Assembly: GCA_963724295.1 (NCBI GenBank)
Contig: CAVRUC010000007.1
Location: 416,001-480,000 of the forward strand
Length of the DNA: 64,000 bases
Reading direction: 5' to 3'
DNA from: an uncultured Chloroflexia bacterium
Lineage (GTDB): Bacteria > Chloroflexota > Chloroflexia > Thermomicrobiales > UBA6265
Shown: piece by piece, positions 19,981 to 28,860 of the stretch
Layout of the letters: each line of letters opens with the position of its first letter
Numbering within the stretch: the stretch's first letter is position 1
Program-made: the position numbers and the translations under genes
Notes under the pieces: model-generated
Databases searched by the model: none
What the model saw: only the letters and a program-made list of their open reading frames with translations
What the model was told of the DNA's origin: nothing

Positions 19981-20805
19981 CTAACTAACGCTCGCCTCGG
20001 CAACGCGGGACCGCAGTCCCTCGTAACCCCTGGCTTCGAGCTCGTGGGCGAGCTCCGGACCGCCGCTCTCGACGACGCGCCCCTCGGTCATGATGTGGAC
20101 GAAATCGGGCTTGATGAAGTTCAGCAAGCGCTGGTAGTGCGTGATAAGCAGCATCCCGACCTCGGGGCCCGCCAGATTGTTCACGCCTTCGGAAACGACC
20201 TTCAGCGCGTCGATGTCCAACCCGGAGTCGGTCTCGTCGAGGACCGCCATGCGGGGCTCGAGCAGGGCCATCTGCAGGATCTCGGCGCGCTTCTTCTCGC
20301 CGCCGGAGAACCCCTCGTTCAGATAGCGCGTCGCGAAGGCGTCGTCCATCTTCAGTAGTGCCATCTTCTCGCGCATCAGCCGCCGAAACTCGCGGGGCGT
20401 GATCGGCTGCACGCTGCCGCCCGCGGCGGCGGACTCTTCTGCTCGCGCGTTGCGGACATTCGTCACCGCCATGCGCAGGAAGTTGGCCATCGAGACACCG
20501 GGGATCACCGTCGGGTACTGGAACGCCAGGAACAGCCCCTTGCGCGCCCGCTCGTCTGGCGACCACTCGAGGATGTCCTCGCCCTGATAGCGGATGCTCC
20601 CTTCCGTGACCTCATAGCGCGGGTCCCCGGCGATGACATAGGCCAGCGTGCTCTTGCCGGATCCATTCGGACCCATCAGCGCGTGAATCTCGCCCTGGTT
20701 CACGACCAGGTTGACCCCCTTGAGGATCTCCTTGCCGTCGATCTCCGCGTGCAGATTGTCGATCTCGAACATCGGGGTCGTGCCCGTCCCGTTACTTTCG
20801 TTCAC
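19981..20805 (-). CDS. sufC: Fe-S cluster assembly ATPase SufC
   Basis: GPNGSGKST, FSGGEKKR, LDETDSGLD, ITHYQR. Confidence 0.97.
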   Translation of the reverse strand: MNESNGTGTTPMFEIDNLHAEIDGKEILKGVNLVVNQGEIHALMGPNGSGKSTLAYVIAGDPRYEVTEGSIRYQGEDILEWSPDERARKGLFLAFQYPTVIPGVSMANFLRMAVTNVRNARAEESAAAGGSVQPITPREFRRLMREKMALLKMDDAFATRYLNEGFSGGEKKRAEILQMALLEPRMAVLDETDSGLDIDALKVVSEGVNNLAGPEVGMLLITHYQRLLNFIKPDFVHIMTEGRVVESGGPELAHELEARGYEGLRSRVAEASVS

Positions 20806-20880
20806 CGTGCCCTGTTACCTCCCGTTCCTGACTATCGGCTATCAGCTGCCGGCCTTTGCTCGATCTTCGTCCTGACGGAC

Positions 20881-21324
20881 TCACCGGCTTGCCGTCCGGC
20901 CAACTCCTTCTCGACTCCTCGACTTCTCAACGCCTCGACTCTTACAGCCCGGGCAGATGCCGGAGAAGACGGTGTGGTGACTGTTGACGTCGAATCCGCT
21001 CTGTTCCGCCGCGACGTGCAGCGCCATCAAGGCGACCGGGACGTCGACGTCGAGGAGCACGCCGCAGTCCAGGCAGTGCACGTGGTCGTGCCGTTCGACA
21101 CGGCCATCGTAGCGGCTGGCCTGGTCGGCAAACGTCAATTCCTGGATCAGCCCATGTTCCGCGAGCAAGTGCAGCGTGCGGTAGACCGTGCCGTAGGCGA
21201 TACGCGGATCGCGCCGCCGCACGCGCTCGAAAATCTCGCCAGCGGTCAAGTGGCTCTGCGACCGGCGTACCTCGTCCAGCACTTCCGTCCGCTGCGTTGT
21301 ATTTCGGAATCGTAGGCCAGGCAC
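20881..21324 (-). CDS. Fur-family transcriptional regulator heading the suf operon
   Basis: HLTAGEIF, GTVYRTL, HDHVHCLDCG, CPGC. Confidence 0.9.
   Translation of the reverse strand: MPGLRFRNTTQRTEVLDEVRRSQSHLTAGEIFERVRRRDPRIAYGTVYRTLHLLAEHGLIQELTFADQASRYDGRVERHDHVHCLDCGVLLDVDVPVALMALHVAAEQSGFDVNSHHTVFSGICPGCKSRGVEKSRSREGVGRTASR
20909..20940. repeat. Degenerate 8-bp tandem repeat (YCTCGACT x4) in the 3' end of the Fur-family gene
   Basis: tctcgact cctcgact tctcaacg cctcgact. Confidence 0.7.
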
Positions 21325-21340
21325 CGCACCGCCAAAATGT

Positions 21341-21359
21341 GATAATGAGTCTCAATAAC
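21341..21359. promoter_or_regulatory. Putative Fur-family operator
   Basis: GATAATGAGTCTCAATAAC matches 14/19 of GATAATGATAATCATTATC; lies just downstream of a TGnTACTAT -10 (21368-21376, minus strand). Confidence 0.65.
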
Positions 21360-21520
21360 CAGTTTGAATAGTACCATGCCGGTCCCAATCTCGCCAGCTT
21401 CAGCCAGGGAAATCGCGCTCCGGTCGCGGCATGCCGAGTCGCGCATCGCCGCCAAAGGCGAGACAATGGCGCCTGAGTCGAGGCCGGGTGTAGGCGGGAC
21501 GCGGCAGGGGAGCACATGCG

Positions 21521-22501
21521 ATGGGGTCATCCTGGACGGTAGCGGTCACACGCGAGATTCCGGACGCGGGACTACAGCCATTGCGAGAGTCGACCACGGT
21601 CAAGCTCTGGGACCAGGAGCTCCCACCGAGCGCGGACGAGCTCGATGCACTCCTGGAAGGCTGTGACGGCGCGATCACGCTGCTCACCGATCGCATCGAT
21701 GGAGCAGTGCTCGACCGGCACCCTCAGCTGCGGGTCGTCTCGAACTTTGCGGTTGGCTACGACAACATCGACGTACCCGCGGCCAGCGAGCGCGGCGTCC
21801 TCGTCTGCAACACGCCGGATGTGTTGACCAACGCGACCGCGGATCACACCTGGGCCCTGCTGCTTGCCGCCGCGCGGCGCATTCCCGAGTCGATCGCCTA
21901 TGTTCGCGAGGGCAAGTGGCAGACCTGGGGTCCTCGCCTCTTGCTCGGTCGAGAGGTCAGCGAGGCAACGATCGGGATCGTTGGTCTGGGAAGGATCGGC
22001 AAGGAAGTCGCAAAACGCGCCCGGGGATTCAATATGCGCGTCCTCGCTTTCGACCCCTTCGAAGACGGCGACTTCGCACGCGAGCATCAGGTCACCTACG
22101 TTCCGCTCGAGCAGCTTCTCCTCGAATCCGACTTCGTGACGCTCCACGTCACGCTGACATCGGATACGCATCAGCTCATCGCCGCGGCCGAGCTCGATCG
22201 CATGAAGCCAACCGCTATCCTCGTCAACGCCTCCCGCGGCCCGGTTGTTGACACCGACGCGCTCGTCGAGGCCTTGCGGAGTGGCTCGATCTTCGGCGCA
22301 GCGCTCGACGTGACCGATCCCGAGCCGCTGCCGGCGGATCACCCGCTGGTCACCATCACCAACTGCATCGTCGTCCCCCACACCGCGTCAGCCACCGTGC
22401 AGACCCGGGATAGGATGGCGGAGCTGGCCGCGGAAAACCTGCTCACCGGGCTGCGAGGCGAGCGACCGCCCGCTGCCGTCAACGCCGACGAAGTCTTGTA
22501 G
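21521..22501 (+). CDS. D-glycerate dehydrogenase / glyoxylate reductase family
   Basis: AVGYDNID, NTPDVL, GLGRIG, NASRG, LDVTDPEP, PHTAS. Confidence 0.92.
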   Translation: MGSSWTVAVTREIPDAGLQPLRESTTVKLWDQELPPSADELDALLEGCDGAITLLTDRIDGAVLDRHPQLRVVSNFAVGYDNIDVPAASERGVLVCNTPDVLTNATADHTWALLLAAARRIPESIAYVREGKWQTWGPRLLLGREVSEATIGIVGLGRIGKEVAKRARGFNMRVLAFDPFEDGDFAREHQVTYVPLEQLLLESDFVTLHVTLTSDTHQLIAAAELDRMKPTAILVNASRGPVVDTDALVEALRSGSIFGAALDVTDPEPLPADHPLVTITNCIVVPHTASATVQTRDRMAELAAENLLTGLRGERPPAAVNADEVL

Positions 22502-22531
22502 ACAGTCTCAGCCGGTGTCAATGATCCGAAA

Positions 22532-22565
22532 GCAAAGGTTGCAAAGGTTGCAAAGGTTGCAAAGG
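22532..22565 (+). repeat. 9-bp tandem repeat GCAAAGGTT, three full copies plus a partial one
   Basis: gcaaaggtt gcaaaggtt gcaaaggtt gcaaagg in the intergenic region. Confidence 0.9.
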
Positions 22566-22685
22566 CTACGCGAGGCAGGCGCCAGGGTAGAGACCCTGGG
22601 TGGCCCGGGTATACTCGGCATGGCGAGGTCGATCCTGCTTGCCTGTGCCCACTATGTCGAATTGCCTAGAGGAAAGTGACGTCCC

Positions 22686-24779
22686 ATGTTCCGATGCAAA
22701 GTGTGCGGCTGGATTCACGATGGGGACACCCCCCCTGATGTCTGCGTCTCCTGCGGCGCGACCGCGGACCGCTTCCGTCCCATGGACGAAGCGGAGGTCG
22801 ACGCACTTACCGGAGCTCTGTCGTCGTACGGTATCGCCAACCAGGGGTTCGCCGACATCGAGGTCGATTACACCCGCCGCATCCGGCTCCTGTCGTACGT
22901 CGATGCCTCGTTCTACACGAACTTCATCGCCCGCTCCGGTCCCCGCTTGCCGATCTACACCGGGGACCCGCAATGGTTCCAGGACAACATCCCGTGCATG
23001 ACCGCCTGTCCCTCGCACACTGATATCTCACGCTACATCGCGCTCATCGCCGACGGGCGCTACGCCGATTCCTTCGAGCTCAACCGGGAGCACAATGTCT
23101 TCCCGGGCTGCCTCGGTCGCATGTGCGCTCGCCCCTGCGAGGATGCCTGCCGGCGCAAGGAGGTCGACGCGCCGATCGGCATCTGCTACTTGAAGCGGGT
23201 CGCGGCCGACTACCGGGGCGAGACCCGACGGGAGGTCGCTCCGCCCTGGAATGGGCTGACCGCGGCCGTCATCGGGGCTGGCGCCAACGGGCTGACCGCC
23301 GGGCGCGACCTGGCTCGCAAGGGGTACAAGGTCACCATCTACGAGCGCTACCCGGTCCCGGGTGGCGTGATGTGGTCGGGGGTGCCGGAATGGCGCCTTC
23401 CCCGCGACGTGATCATGGACGAGGTGACCTTGATCACCGATCTCGGTATCGAGATCCGGTACAACACCGAAGTCGGCCGCGACATCACCCTCAAGGAACT
23501 GGCCGATACCCACGACGCGGTGATCATCTCGGCCGGGTGTCAGGTCCCTCAGGAGCTCGGCGTTCCGGGTGAGGACCTGGACGGCGTGGTTTCCGGACTC
23601 CAGTTCCTGGAGGACGTCAACCTGGGGCAGAAGGACGTCTGGGTCGGCAAGCGGGTCGTTACGGTCGGCGGTGGATTCACCTCCATGGACTGCGTGCGCT
23701 CGGTGCTCCGCATGGGCGCCGAACAGTCGATCATGACCTACCGGCGGTCAATTCAGGAGATCCCGGTCGACGCCCTGGAGCTGGAAGAAGCGGAGCACGA
23801 AGGCGTCGAGATCATGTACATGGTGGCGCCGACTCGCGTCATCGACGACGGTCAAGGGCGGGTGGCCGGGATCGAGCTGATCCGCAACGAGCTGGGCGCG
23901 CCGGATGACAAGGGTCGCCGCCGTCCGGAACCGGTCGCTGGCTCCGAATTCGTGATTCCCTGCGACATGGTCCTCGTCGCCATCGGCCAGCGCCAGGACA
24001 ACCGGCTCCTGGAAGGTGTCGAGGTGCAGACTGACCGGCGCGGCATCCCGGTGCTCAACGAGAACCTGAAATCGGAGTTGCCCAACGTCTGGGCTTCCGG
24101 AGACTACGTGGTCAATCCGACCAACTTCATCTCCTCGATCGGCGAAGGCAAGCGGGTCGCTACCTTCATTGATGAGGACCTGCGCGACCGCGAGCCACCC
24201 ATCAAGGAGATGGAGATCACGCGGGTCCCCACCGAGTTCATCTCCACCCCGAACCCACTCCTCTCCGAGGGCATCGCCGAGTGGACGCTTTCGACCAGCA
24301 GCCGGCGCCTGGTCTGGGGCGACAACTACACCAGCGTCGGTCGCCAGATGATGCCGGCGATGCCGCTGGCGGACCGGGGTCTCAACACCGGCGACACCAC
24401 GATCGAGACAGAAATCGGCTACACGAAGCCGATCGGCTTCGAAGAAGCCAAGCGCTGCCTGCAATGCCAGCTCAATATCTTCATCGACGGAAATCGCTGC
24501 ATTCTCTGCGCCAACTGTGTCGACGTCTGCCCGGTCAAGTGCATCGAGATGGTCTCCACCGAGCGCATTCACTCGATCGACGGTGACGTCGAGCTCGCCG
24601 AAATGGCCCGCGCCGAATTGGGTCCCCAGGCAGCGGTGATGCTGATCGACGAGCGGCCCTGTATCCGCTGCGCGCTGTGCGTCGACTGGTGCCCGACGGA
24701 GTGTTTGACGATGGACCACTTCCGCCTCACGCCGGCTCCCGAGCGGGAGAGCGTCGATCTCGCCGTCGTGGCGGACTAG
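22686..24779 (+). CDS. FAD/NAD(P)-dependent Fe-S oxidoreductase (GltD-like) with N-terminal rubredoxin-like and C-terminal 2x[4Fe-4S] domains
   Basis: CKVCG...CVSCG; CMTACP, GRMCARPCEDAC; IGAGANG; GGGFTSMD/YRR; EAKRCLQC; CILCANCVDVCP; CIRCALCVDWCP. Confidence 0.88.
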   Translation: MFRCKVCGWIHDGDTPPDVCVSCGATADRFRPMDEAEVDALTGALSSYGIANQGFADIEVDYTRRIRLLSYVDASFYTNFIARSGPRLPIYTGDPQWFQDNIPCMTACPSHTDISRYIALIADGRYADSFELNREHNVFPGCLGRMCARPCEDACRRKEVDAPIGICYLKRVAADYRGETRREVAPPWNGLTAAVIGAGANGLTAGRDLARKGYKVTIYERYPVPGGVMWSGVPEWRLPRDVIMDEVTLITDLGIEIRYNTEVGRDITLKELADTHDAVIISAGCQVPQELGVPGEDLDGVVSGLQFLEDVNLGQKDVWVGKRVVTVGGGFTSMDCVRSVLRMGAEQSIMTYRRSIQEIPVDALELEEAEHEGVEIMYMVAPTRVIDDGQGRVAGIELIRNELGAPDDKGRRRPEPVAGSEFVIPCDMVLVAIGQRQDNRLLEGVEVQTDRRGIPVLNENLKSELPNVWASGDYVVNPTNFISSIGEGKRVATFIDEDLRDREPPIKEMEITRVPTEFISTPNPLLSEGIAEWTLSTSSRRLVWGDNYTSVGRQMMPAMPLADRGLNTGDTTIETEIGYTKPIGFEEAKRCLQCQLNIFIDGNRCILCANCVDVCPVKCIEMVSTERIHSIDGDVELAEMARAELGPQAAVMLIDERPCIRCALCVDWCPTECLTMDHFRLTPAPERESVDLAVVAD

Positions 24780-24838
24780 AACGGGACGGGGCCGGCCGCT
24801 GCTCGAAGCGGCCAGCCTGGCACTTCCGGAGCGCAGCC

Positions 24839-25162
24839 ATGAACGCGTTCGAGTACGGCGAAATCAGTCAGCAGCAAGCAGAGAGCGGCCAGCCATACCT
24901 TCAATTCATGAACGAAGGCACGATGAGTCTGGGCCTCTATGTGCTCGCCGCTGGGTCGGCCGACACGCAGTCGCCGCACGAAGAGGATGAGATCTACTAC
25001 GTGGTCTCGGGTCGCGGCGCTATCGATGTGGCCGGGGAACGGCGGCCGGTACAACCCGGATCGATCGTGTTCGTCGCCAAAGCGGTCGAGCACCGCTTCG
25101 TCGACATCGAAGAGGACCTCTCGCTGCTGGTCTTCTTCGCCCCCGAGCACCGGCAGCGGTAG
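24839..25162 (+). CDS. Cupin domain protein
   Basis: QSPHEEDEIYYV, VEHRF. Confidence 0.85.
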   Translation: MNAFEYGEISQQQAESGQPYLQFMNEGTMSLGLYVLAAGSADTQSPHEEDEIYYVVSGRGAIDVAGERRPVQPGSIVFVAKAVEHRFVDIEEDLSLLVFFAPEHRQR

Positions 25163-25208
25163 ACGGGGAACACGAGATCAATCGGCGACGTTCTCATACC
25201 AGTGTCGC

Positions 25209-25236
25209 TTGACTTGATGGGGACGTCTCGTACACT
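25209..25236 (+). promoter_or_regulatory. Putative promoter of the iscA-like gene
   Basis: TTGACT-16 nt-TACACT. Confidence 0.5.
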
Positions 25237-25305
25237 TGCATCGTGACGCTTAGAAAGACGACTCGGATCCGGCGGACGCGTCGCCCGAGCGCGGAGGAAC
25301 CTCGC

Positions 25306-25671
25306 ATGATCACCATTACCCCGGAAGCCGCCGAGCAGCTGAAGGGTTTTCTCGCCGAGCAGGGCACCCCTGATGGCGCGCTGCGTGTGTTCGTTGCACC
25401 GGGCGGATGCTCCGGACTTCAGTACGGGATGACCGTCGAGGAGACCGCCGAAGACGGGGACGAGCTCATCGAGACCGACGGTGTGCGCCTGCTGGTCGAC
25501 AATTTCAGCGCCATGTATCTCGAAGGCGCGCAGGTCGACTACGTGAACTCGCTGATGGGTGGCGGCTTCACGGTGCACAATCCGAACGCCGTCTCTGGCT
25601 GCGCCTGTGGGCACTCATTCAACGCCGGTGGCAACGCGGAGACCGCCCAGGGATGCGGCTGCGGCCACTAA
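25306..25671 (+). CDS. HesB/IscA A-type Fe-S carrier
   Basis: GGCSGLQY, NPNA..CACGHSF; GGAGG RBS. Confidence 0.93.
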   Translation: MITITPEAAEQLKGFLAEQGTPDGALRVFVAPGGCSGLQYGMTVEETAEDGDELIETDGVRLLVDNFSAMYLEGAQVDYVNSLMGGGFTVHNPNAVSGCACGHSFNAGGNAETAQGCGCGH

Positions 25672-25694
25672 TTTCGCGAGCACCTCATGAACCT

Positions 25695-25727
25695 GCGGCC
25701 GGCCGCGTCAGGCGCGCCGGCCGCTTT
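25695..25727 (+). terminator. GC hairpin between convergent genes, possible terminator
   Basis: gcggccgg-c-cgcg-tcagg-cgcg-ccggccgc followed by a short T run. Confidence 0.5.
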
Positions 25728-25740
25728 CGTGCTCCGCATC

Positions 25741-26991
25741 TCAGGCTCTGAGATCGTTGATGACGAGTCCTGCCGGCGCTTTGGGTTCGAACCAGGTCGA
25801 TTTAGCCGGCAACAGATCCCCCTCCTCCGCCACGGCGAGCAACCGATCCAGACTGGGAGCGGGAAGCAAGAATGCCGCTTGGGCGCGGCCGTCCTTGACC
25901 TGACCCACCGCGTCCGCGTCGTCAATCGCAGGCAGCAGACGCCGCTCTGGTGTGTGAACACCGACACCGATCAGGCTTTCGACGATCGCGGTCACCGCGG
26001 TGACGCCGAGGGATCGCCAGGCCGTGCCACGAGCATGCGGCATGAGTGCCTGGTGCGGGTCTCCAGATTTGGCATGGACGTCCCAGACTCCGTAGTCGTC
26101 TGGGAGCACGACGCGGCAGATGAACGGCGCGCCCGGCAGCGGCGCGGCCAGCGGCCCGGCCCTCACGTCAAACCATCGCTCGATCAACTGCAGGAGCAGA
26201 CGCGGCGGGCAATGCTGCTCGTCGACCAGGACCCGGTGCGTTGGCCGCACGATGACCCCGGGATCTTCGACCGCCGCCAGCAGGGCGAGCACGAACTCCC
26301 GCGGCGCATCGGGATCGTACCCGTGGCTGGCCCGGCACGCATCGCGGTACGCGAGCGCGGCTTCGTACCGATGATGCCCGTCGGCAACGAAGAGCGTCCG
26401 GCGCGCGAAAGCGGCCGCCAGGCGGGCGTGGAGCGCGGCATCGGCTATGGCAGCCAGATGATGGGTTCCTCCCATCTGATCCTGATCCTCGAGCAGTTGT
26501 CCTCTGCCGGCGTGATCGGCAATCAGACGGCGAATCTCGCTGTCGCGGTCCCTGTATAGAAAATAGAGCGGGCTCAGGTTCGCCTGCACCGCCCGCAGCC
26601 GGCCCAGACGCTCCTCTCTGGGACCGGGGGTCGTCGCCTCGTGAGGCAAGACCATCCGCTCTGACCAATCAGTCAGGCGCACCCGGGCCAGTAACCCGGT
26701 TCGCGTCACCGTGGCGCTTTGGTGATCGAACTGGTGCTGATGAACGTAAACCATCGGCGCCGCGTCTCGACGCAGGGCACCCTGCGCGAGCCACGCCTGA
26801 TAGCGGTGCGCGGCCAGGGCATGGGCATCACCGATTGTCCCGAGGTCGACGCTTTCAATCTTGCGAATGCTGAACTCAGCGCCGATCACCGGCTCCGCGA
26901 CAACGTCGTATGGAGGAGCGATGAGTGACCCGACCGGGCCGGTACGATGGCTGTCGAAGCGGACCCCGCGCAAGGGCCTGACGTCAGCCAC
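25741..26991 (-). CDS. DUF1015 family protein
   Basis: APPYDV, PHEAT, ADGHHRYEAA, PTHR, PAKSTWFEPK. Confidence 0.9.
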   Translation of the reverse strand: MADVRPLRGVRFDSHRTGPVGSLIAPPYDVVAEPVIGAEFSIRKIESVDLGTIGDAHALAAHRYQAWLAQGALRRDAAPMVYVHQHQFDHQSATVTRTGLLARVRLTDWSERMVLPHEATTPGPREERLGRLRAVQANLSPLYFLYRDRDSEIRRLIADHAGRGQLLEDQDQMGGTHHLAAIADAALHARLAAAFARRTLFVADGHHRYEAALAYRDACRASHGYDPDAPREFVLALLAAVEDPGVIVRPTHRVLVDEQHCPPRLLLQLIERWFDVRAGPLAAPLPGAPFICRVVLPDDYGVWDVHAKSGDPHQALMPHARGTAWRSLGVTAVTAIVESLIGVGVHTPERRLLPAIDDADAVGQVKDGRAQAAFLLPAPSLDRLLAVAEEGDLLPAKSTWFEPKAPAGLVINDLRA

Positions 26992-27374
26992 GACGGCTCG
27001 CGTCCGCCGGATGTGCGCAGTTGGTTGCTAAAAACGAGTTCGTTTGGCCCCGGTCATGCATGTTTGACATGCTACCGCGGACCGGGCGCTCGAGGGCGTC
27101 GTTCGCGGGAATCCGGACCCTCTATTCAGATCAGGGGGTGGTGATTACGCGGCGTCCTGATATGATCGTTTGGGTAATAGCGATGTACGGCGCGTGACAC
27201 ACGCCGCTGAACCTCGGGGAACCGAGGAATGTTTACGGGCGTTCTACAACTAGAGGCGGTTTCGTTAATCGGCCCGCGGCGTGCGCGTAATCGCCGGCAG
27301 ATGCCGAGTTTTCGCGTGTTCGCGTCGAATTCTCGGTCGCCGCGGCCAAGCCACTTCCGCCCGCTGCAAGGAGT

Positions 27375-28391
<1,017 letters not shown>

Positions 28392-28437
28392 CGCTCAGAC
28401 CTCGACGGCGATGGACCACGCCTCGCCGCCGGGGTCA

Positions 28438-28728
28438 TCAGCTTTCGTTCGACCAGGGCGCCCTCAACACCACCCGCCACTCTTTCAACGTGGCATTCGC
28501 GATGACCCCGGCGCTCCGGTACGGGTCGCCTTCGAGGTTGCGCTCAGCCTCTGCCATGTCCGTTGCCTCGTAGACGATCAGCGCTCCGGTTTCGTCCGCC
28601 CACGGTCCGGAAATGGCCAGCTTGCCCTCATCGAACAACGATCGCAGGTACTCGCGATGGACCGGGCGGGTCTGCAGGCGAAGCTCCTCATCCCCGGTAA
28701 ACTCGATCAGCGCGGCGAACAACCCCAT
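28438..28728 (-). CDS. YciI-family protein
   Basis: RPVHREYL, SGP, GALIVY, DPY; the upstream part of the tracked ORF is mutS antisense. Confidence 0.85.
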   Translation of the reverse strand: MGLFAALIEFTGDEELRLQTRPVHREYLRSLFDEGKLAISGPWADETGALIVYEATDMAEAERNLEGDPYRSAGVIANATLKEWRVVLRAPWSNES

Positions 28729-28860
28729 AGTCTTCCCCTTCCTCGATTCCAACGTGCAGAATGGCCGGCTCTCGCGCCTTGCGCCGGCTCCTGTCTCCGC
28801 GTAGCCTAAACGTCCCCGCTCGCCCCCGCGAGCCGACAGGCCAGCAACCGAGAGGGCGCA

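Noticed and set aside
22532..22565. CRISPR array
   Set aside because: 9-bp units with no spacers and no cas genes.
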